From the IMG/VR virus record IMGVR_UViG_3300025653_000167, positions 1 through 30,631 of that record: a DNA stretch of 30,631 nucleotides; one strand, given 5' to 3'. Source of the DNA: a virus. Its lineage: Duplodnaviria; Caudoviricetes. The translations under genes and the position numbers were made by a program. The notes below the pieces were generated by a model. The model ran no database searches. It worked only from the letters and a program-made list of their open reading frames with translations, and was not told where the DNA came from. This document shows positions 26,506-30,631 of the stretch, piece after piece. The stretch's first letter is position 1, and each line of letters begins with the position of its first letter.

Positions 26506-26530
26506 AAAAAGCCCCAACCAAAGTTGGGGC
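26506..26530 (-). terminator. Intrinsic terminator after the major tail gene
   Basis: GCCCCAAC-TTTG-GTTGGGGC-TTTTT. Confidence 0.85.
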
Positions 26531-26554
26531 CCCACGCACTTGATTCCTAGCTTA

Positions 26555-27328
26555 TCAGGAGCTGGTGGAAAGGTCGAAGACCGGGGTGCTGGCGGGACGG
26601 AAGTTGACAGTCACAGACTGTGCGTCGTCCGGGTTCACGTTCATGCTGGCCGAGGTGATCACAGCATCGAAGGCGATCGAGCGGCTCAGTGCATCGTTCA
26701 GAGTGCCGCCGGTGAACACGCGATCGGTGTAGAGCTTGAACGAAGCACCGGTTTGCTGGCGCTGCAGCACGTCCTCGATCAGACGGTTAGACAGTGCGAG
26801 TTCTTCGTCCGTCATGTAGGCGGTCGCAGAACCAGTGCCGTCGCCGAAACCTGGGATGTAGGTACGGAAAGGCACGTACTGGTCAGGGGTTTGACCGATG
26901 GTTGTTACGTCAATTTCGGCCCTGGTGATCTCAAAGCTCCAGTCGCGAACTTGGCCGACTACTTGGTAGTCGGAGTAGGCGATCTGGAACTCGTTGGAGC
27001 CGGTGGCGGTGCCATCGTCAGTGATGGTGATGGTGCCGCCGCCTTCGGTTGCGGAGACCTGCAGCACGCCAGTCGATGCTGCGTAAGCGATCACGTAGTA
27101 GGTGGTTGCAGGGCTGATGCCTGCAGGGAGGGTGCCGGTGCCGGCGCCGCCGGTCTGGCTGTTCACCACGCTGAAAACAACGGGGTCACCAACGCGGAAA
27201 CCGAGATACGGAGCGACGGTGATCTCGTCGGTCAGAGTATCTACATTGGTCTCGCCGAACGTGGCGACGGTTCCAGCGGGTTTGTAGTAGAGGGCGCCGG
27301 ACGTGCCGGACAGTACGGTCGATGCCAT
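26555..27328 (-). CDS. Major tail (tube) protein with an inserted beta domain
   Basis: MASTVLSGTSGALYY...VRDWSFEITRAEIDVTTIG...VTVNFRP; strong C-ending codon bias; ATG 27328 preferred. Confidence 0.88.
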   Translation of the reverse strand: MASTVLSGTSGALYYKPAGTVATFGETNVDTLTDEITVAPYLGFRVGDPVVFSVVNSQTGGAGTGTLPAGISPATTYYVIAYAASTGVLQVSATEGGGTITITDDGTATGSNEFQIAYSDYQVVGQVRDWSFEITRAEIDVTTIGQTPDQYVPFRTYIPGFGDGTGSATAYMTDEELALSNRLIEDVLQRQQTGASFKLYTDRVFTGGTLNDALSRSIAFDAVITSASMNVNPDDAQSVTVNFRPASTPVFDLSTSS

Positions 27329-27401
27329 TGGCTTACCAAAATGGACGTTGTGGGCGGGCACTGCCCGGCTTATTACAGGTTAGCGCCAGTCTTTAAGTTT
27401 A

Positions 27402-27833
27402 TTACGAAAGTACCGTTGCAATGTATGAGGTATCAATCCTGCCAACAAAGTGAGGAGTATTTTCGGTTGCTGAGAATGACGGCCCGTTGATTTGGCCGAC
27501 TTTGAAGTACACCCCCGTGTCGGTCTTGGGGGAATCGTTGAGTGTCTCCAGCACATTTACTGCTGTGGTTAGAAGTTGTTGGTTGCGGGCTGGACCACGC
27601 CCCTTTTCTGTAAATATGCGGATAACAATTGCACCCCGCGCATTATCAAGGCTAGACGTAAGCGTGGGTTCGTTGGTAATGCCGAAAGTAACATTGATGC
27701 GAACGTATTCAGTGGTTGAATTTGGCGGTGTTGCAGTGATGTTGTCAAAGTAGACAGGGATGGCTGGCGACAGACTACCGAATGCCGCAAGCATCGGTCC
27801 TTCTACTGCTGCTCGAATGGCTTGGTAGTTCAT
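27402..27833 (-). CDS. Tail terminator-like protein
   Basis: IPVYFDN...YVRINVTFG...GAIVIRIFTEKGRG; directly upstream of major tail gene. Confidence 0.75.
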   Translation of the reverse strand: MNYQAIRAAVEGPMLAAFGSLSPAIPVYFDNITATPPNSTTEYVRINVTFGITNEPTLTSSLDNARGAIVIRIFTEKGRGPARNQQLLTTAVNVLETLNDSPKTDTGVYFKVGQINGPSFSATENTPHFVGRIDTSYIATVLS

Positions 27834-28396
27834 TAGCCGAATCCTCTACCTGCAACATTACCGCCGCGTGGGCCTTGGCGGAATCCGATGCGTACACCGT
27901 TTCCTAAGTCTTTTTGCATTGCACCGCCGCTTGTGTAGGTGACGTACCAGTCCAAAGGTGCGGTGCTGACTGCAAAGCCCGTACCAGAAGTAACCTGACC
28001 ACGCTTGTCACCAAAGCGGGAGCCTACATTGGTTGGGTCTTTGACCGGATCCAAGATGTTTCCGTTGTCGTCATACTGCGTGCGGAAAACACCTTCTTCT
28101 AGATCAAGAGCCTGCGCTGCGTAACTAGCTCCGTTAACTATTTCGTAGTAAGTACCGGAGCGAAAACGGGCTTTAGGTACATTACGAAGATCGTATTTGT
28201 AAATGCTTCCTCCCGCTGAACGGGGTCCTCCGGGTTCTTGACCAGGCTCAACGGCGTACCAAGCAGATGAAAATTGACCTGAGTAACCGGGTCCCGCTTC
28301 TGCTAGCCCATTCATGATTTCTACGGAAGCCTGCCTTGCAGACTGCGTAACAATTTCTTTTACGTCATTTATAAGATCCTTGAAGTCGCGTGCCAT
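27833..28396 (-). CDS. Neck / tail completion protein (HK97 gp10-like)
   Basis: GPGYSGQFSSAW...IVNGASYA pattern and position. Confidence 0.7.
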   Translation of the reverse strand: MARDFKDLINDVKEIVTQSARQASVEIMNGLAEAGPGYSGQFSSAWYAVEPGQEPGGPRSAGGSIYKYDLRNVPKARFRSGTYYEIVNGASYAAQALDLEEGVFRTQYDDNGNILDPVKDPTNVGSRFGDKRGQVTSGTGFAVSTAPLDWYVTYTSGGAMQKDLGNGVRIGFRQGPRGGNVAGRGFG

Positions 28397-28773
28397 TACT
28401 GGGGCCTCACAACTAGGGAGTGGTAGACGGGGTCGTCGCCGCGATAGGTTCTGATTGCAATGATCTTTGCCTCGCGGGTTGCTCCAGCCTCTGTGTACTG
28501 GATGCGGTCAGCCTCGGTTGGGTAGTAGGTGCCCAGTTCGGTTGTTCCAATCAGGATGCGGAGGTCGGTGGTTTGGTAGAGGCCTTCTGCTTCCTGCGGA
28601 TCGACGCGAAGGATTACTCCCTTTACTGGGACTGGTGTGTCGCCGCCTGTTACCTCGCCGGTGGCTGGGTTATAGGTGCGAGGGGTGGTGGTTTTGATGT
28701 ACGTGAGGTCTTGGCCCCACTGAGGCATCAGTGTTTTGGGGATAGGGGCAAATATGTTGTCGATTAGGCCCAT
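28396..28773 (-). CDS. Head closure protein
   Basis: TYNPATGEV...TTDLRILI...P...DRI pattern; ATG 28773 lies 1 nt after the upstream stop. Confidence 0.72.
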   Translation of the reverse strand: MGLIDNIFAPIPKTLMPQWGQDLTYIKTTTPRTYNPATGEVTGGDTPVPVKGVILRVDPQEAEGLYQTTDLRILIGTTELGTYYPTEADRIQYTEAGATREAKIIAIRTYRGDDPVYHSLVVRPQ

Positions 28774-28774
28774 A

Positions 28775-29305
28775 TCAACCTCGGAATAGGCGGACTGCGT
28801 AATTTGTGGCACCACCGATGCAGTAGGCGCCCAAATAGGTCTCCAGCCACGGGTAAAGGTCGAAAATGTTGTTGATTAGGCCGGGGGTGGTGGAGCTGTC
28901 CTTGTACTTGACCTTCAGTTCGCCCAGTTCCACTTCGTCGTAGAGGCCGGTGGTGCCGCTTGTTCCAGTGATGGAGTCGGTGTCGTTGGCGAAGGCGCGG
29001 GCAAGTTCGTAGGTGGCGACCTTGACCTGCTGGGGGATCAGGGTGCAGACCAGCTTGATGCCGTCAACTTTGTAGTCTTCGCGCGGCCATTTCAGGGCTT
29101 GGGTTTCTGTGCAGCGGTCGCCGTAGAAACTCAGTGCGTCGATCCAGCGCGTGGCGGAGATGATGGCGCGGGTTTTTTGGTCGTCCGTCTTGTCGGTCCA
29201 GGTGGAGGAATCCGGGACTGTCTCGAAATACGTGTCTGCTTCGGCCAGCGTCACATAGCTGTTGGCCGACGCGCCCTGCAGAGTGGCATCAATAGTCGCG
29301 GCCAC
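28775..29305 (-). CDS. Head-tail adaptor (DnaT-like phage family)
   Basis: ANSYVTLAEADTYF...ATRWID...QALKWPR...IPQQVKVATYELA. Confidence 0.82.
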   Translation of the reverse strand: MAATIDATLQGASANSYVTLAEADTYFETVPDSSTWTDKTDDQKTRAIISATRWIDALSFYGDRCTETQALKWPREDYKVDGIKLVCTLIPQQVKVATYELARAFANDTDSITGTSGTTGLYDEVELGELKVKYKDSSTTPGLINNIFDLYPWLETYLGAYCIGGATNYAVRLFRG

Positions 29306-29307
29306 AG

Positions 29308-29493
29308 TTAATACGCTCTTTTTACAATCTTACCTCTGGCACGCCTTGGCGCCTTTGCTTCCACTAGCGAGGCGTGGTAAATCGTCGCTCCAGTCATCTC
29401 TATGTCGGCGCTGCGCTCTAGATGGTCGCCGTAAGGCATGTCCTCATGCCAACGGCGATTATTGTGTGACACGTAGAGACGAACCAGTTTCAT
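29308..29493 (-). CDS. Small hypothetical protein (61 aa, MKLVRLYVSHNNRRWHED...)
   Basis: ATG at 29493-29491; stop 2 nt before the adaptor start; fills the gap. Confidence 0.55.
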   Translation of the reverse strand: MKLVRLYVSHNNRRWHEDMPYGDHLERSADIEMTGATIYHASLVEAKAPRRARGKIVKRAY

Positions 29494-29776
29494 GCCGACC
29501 CGTAAAAATGCCGATGCTGGCTCCAGCGTAAAGCCGGCGGTGGTCAAAGAAAATCCGGCTCTTCCCGGTGACAAAGTACGCAAACTTAAAGATGTTGCTC
29601 TTGAAGTGCGCAGGATGCGAGAGGAAGAGGGCCTTGATATTTCGCAAATTGGCGAAAAATTGAAGGTCAGTTATGACGTGTTGAATCAGCTGATTCTCCA
29701 GTCATATAAGAGCACCATGAATACTCCTGTGGTGTTTGAGGTGCAGGAGAAGATTCGGCTGGGGATCGAATACTGA
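29492..29776 (+). CDS. HTH protein, antisense to the late arm
   Basis: VRRMREEEGLDISQIGEKLKVSYDVLNQLI HTH pattern; stop abuts the capsid terminator. Confidence 0.72.
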   Translation: MPTRKNADAGSSVKPAVVKENPALPGDKVRKLKDVALEVRRMREEEGLDISQIGEKLKVSYDVLNQLILQSYKSTMNTPVVFEVQEKIRLGIEY

Positions 29777-29779
29777 CAT

Positions 29780-29803
29780 AAAAAAGGCCCCCGTTAGGGG
29801 GCC
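29780..29803 (-). terminator. Intrinsic terminator after the major capsid gene
   Basis: GGCCCCC-TAAC-GGGGGCC-TTTTTT. Confidence 0.88.
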
Positions 29804-29820
29804 AGTCCGTTCGTCCGGGA

Positions 29821-30630
29821 TCAAGCGTAAGCGCTGGGGTCGAAGGGAGTGTTGACCAGCAGGCGGGCAACGGGAACCATCTTCGTGGTGCTGAACACCA
29901 GGTTCCAGCTGTTCACGTCGGCCAGGTTGCCGGTGGTGGCAGCGTTGGTGGGGTTGTCGCCGGAGGCGGCCCACTTCGTGCCAGTCACGTGGTAACCATA
30001 GTGGTAGTCCACGGCCAGCACGTCCTGCATGGACAGGATGTTGCGGTCGGCGGCGAGGCGCAGATCCTGCTGGATGCCCTCGGAAACAACGCCCGAGCGG
30101 AACAGGTACACCGGGTACTTGACCACATCGCCGGTGGTGCCACCAGCCAGGAAGGTCAGCTGGTCGTCGATCACGACCCGCATGCCGGCGTAGAAGGGTA
30201 CGTCGGTCGAGCGGACGCCGATGCCGCCTGCACCCCAGGTCACGGCGCCGGAGGCTGCCAGTGCAGAGGTGCTGAAGGTCAGCATCCCGGTCTGTTGCAG
30301 GTAATAAGCAACGTTCGAGTGCATAGCGATGCTATCCATCTCGTCGCCGCGCTCACCCAGCACAGCCTTGGCGGCCACCACGTTGGGTACCGTCAGGTAG
30401 TTTGCCTCGGTCATCGAACCGGGCGCACCAGCGAAGGACTTGTCAACTTGGTTGGGGCCAAGCACGCCGTTGCCGGCGATGCCGCCGAACAGGCCCAGCA
30501 GGTGGTTGGACAGGGTGGCGGTCTTCAGCTTGTTGATCGCAGCGGTCAGCTGGTCACGAACATGGCTCAGGGGGTCGGAGCCAGTGCCGAGCTTGCTGAG
30601 GTCGTCGGCTGCGTACGCGAAACCACGATG
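29821..30630 (-). CDS. Major capsid protein (5' end outside the window)
   Basis: Frame open to the window edge: HRGFAYAADDLSKLGTGSDPL...AMHSNVAYYL...GMRVVIDD...DRNIL...YGYHVTG...W; strong codon bias; followed by terminator. Confidence 0.88.
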   Translation of the reverse strand, partial: HRGFAYAADDLSKLGTGSDPLSHVRDQLTAAINKLKTATLSNHLLGLFGGIAGNGVLGPNQVDKSFAGAPGSMTEANYLTVPNVVAAKAVLGERGDEMDSIAMHSNVAYYLQQTGMLTFSTSALAASGAVTWGAGGIGVRSTDVPFYAGMRVVIDDQLTFLAGGTTGDVVKYPVYLFRSGVVSEGIQQDLRLAADRNILSMQDVLAVDYHYGYHVTGTKWAASGDNPTNAATTGNLADVNSWNLVFSTTKMVPVARLLVNTPFDPSAYA

Positions 30631-30631
30631 A

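Noticed and set aside
26540-27490. 316-aa + strand ORF
   Set aside because: Antisense shadow of the major tail gene

Overview
A 30.6 kb piece of a tailed dsDNA phage genome (siphovirus layout; the small accessory genes, lysin architecture and -10-only promoters suggest a cyanobacterial host, which is inference). Positions 1-6567 (+) are an early/replication arm: small ORFs, two HTH proteins, dCTP deaminase, a DUF3310-type protein and a family A DNA polymerase. Positions 6564-30631 are mostly a (-) strand late arm: 3' part of the major capsid gene, head-tail connector genes, major tail protein, tail assembly chaperone with a -1 frameshift, tape measure protein with a 75-bp tandem array, tail tip genes, two extra tail-tube-like genes, two large fibre/receptor-binding genes and a lysis region (holin-like peptide, GH73 + C39 endolysin). 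Best novelty candidate: the 45-aa holin-like gene ends in C-CCA-AAG-CGC-TGA, the same architecture as the chaperone frameshift site (C-CCA-AAA-TCC-TGA). Its -1 frame has no start codon of its own near the 5' end, stays open for 63 codons and runs into the endolysin start, so this looks like a frameshift-controlled lysis cassette. Second candidate: two divergent genes whose start codons overlap in one CATG just downstream of the capsid gene, one encoding an HTH protein. No rRNA, tRNA, CRISPR array, integrase or reverse transcriptase was seen. All calls are by eye, without database searches.
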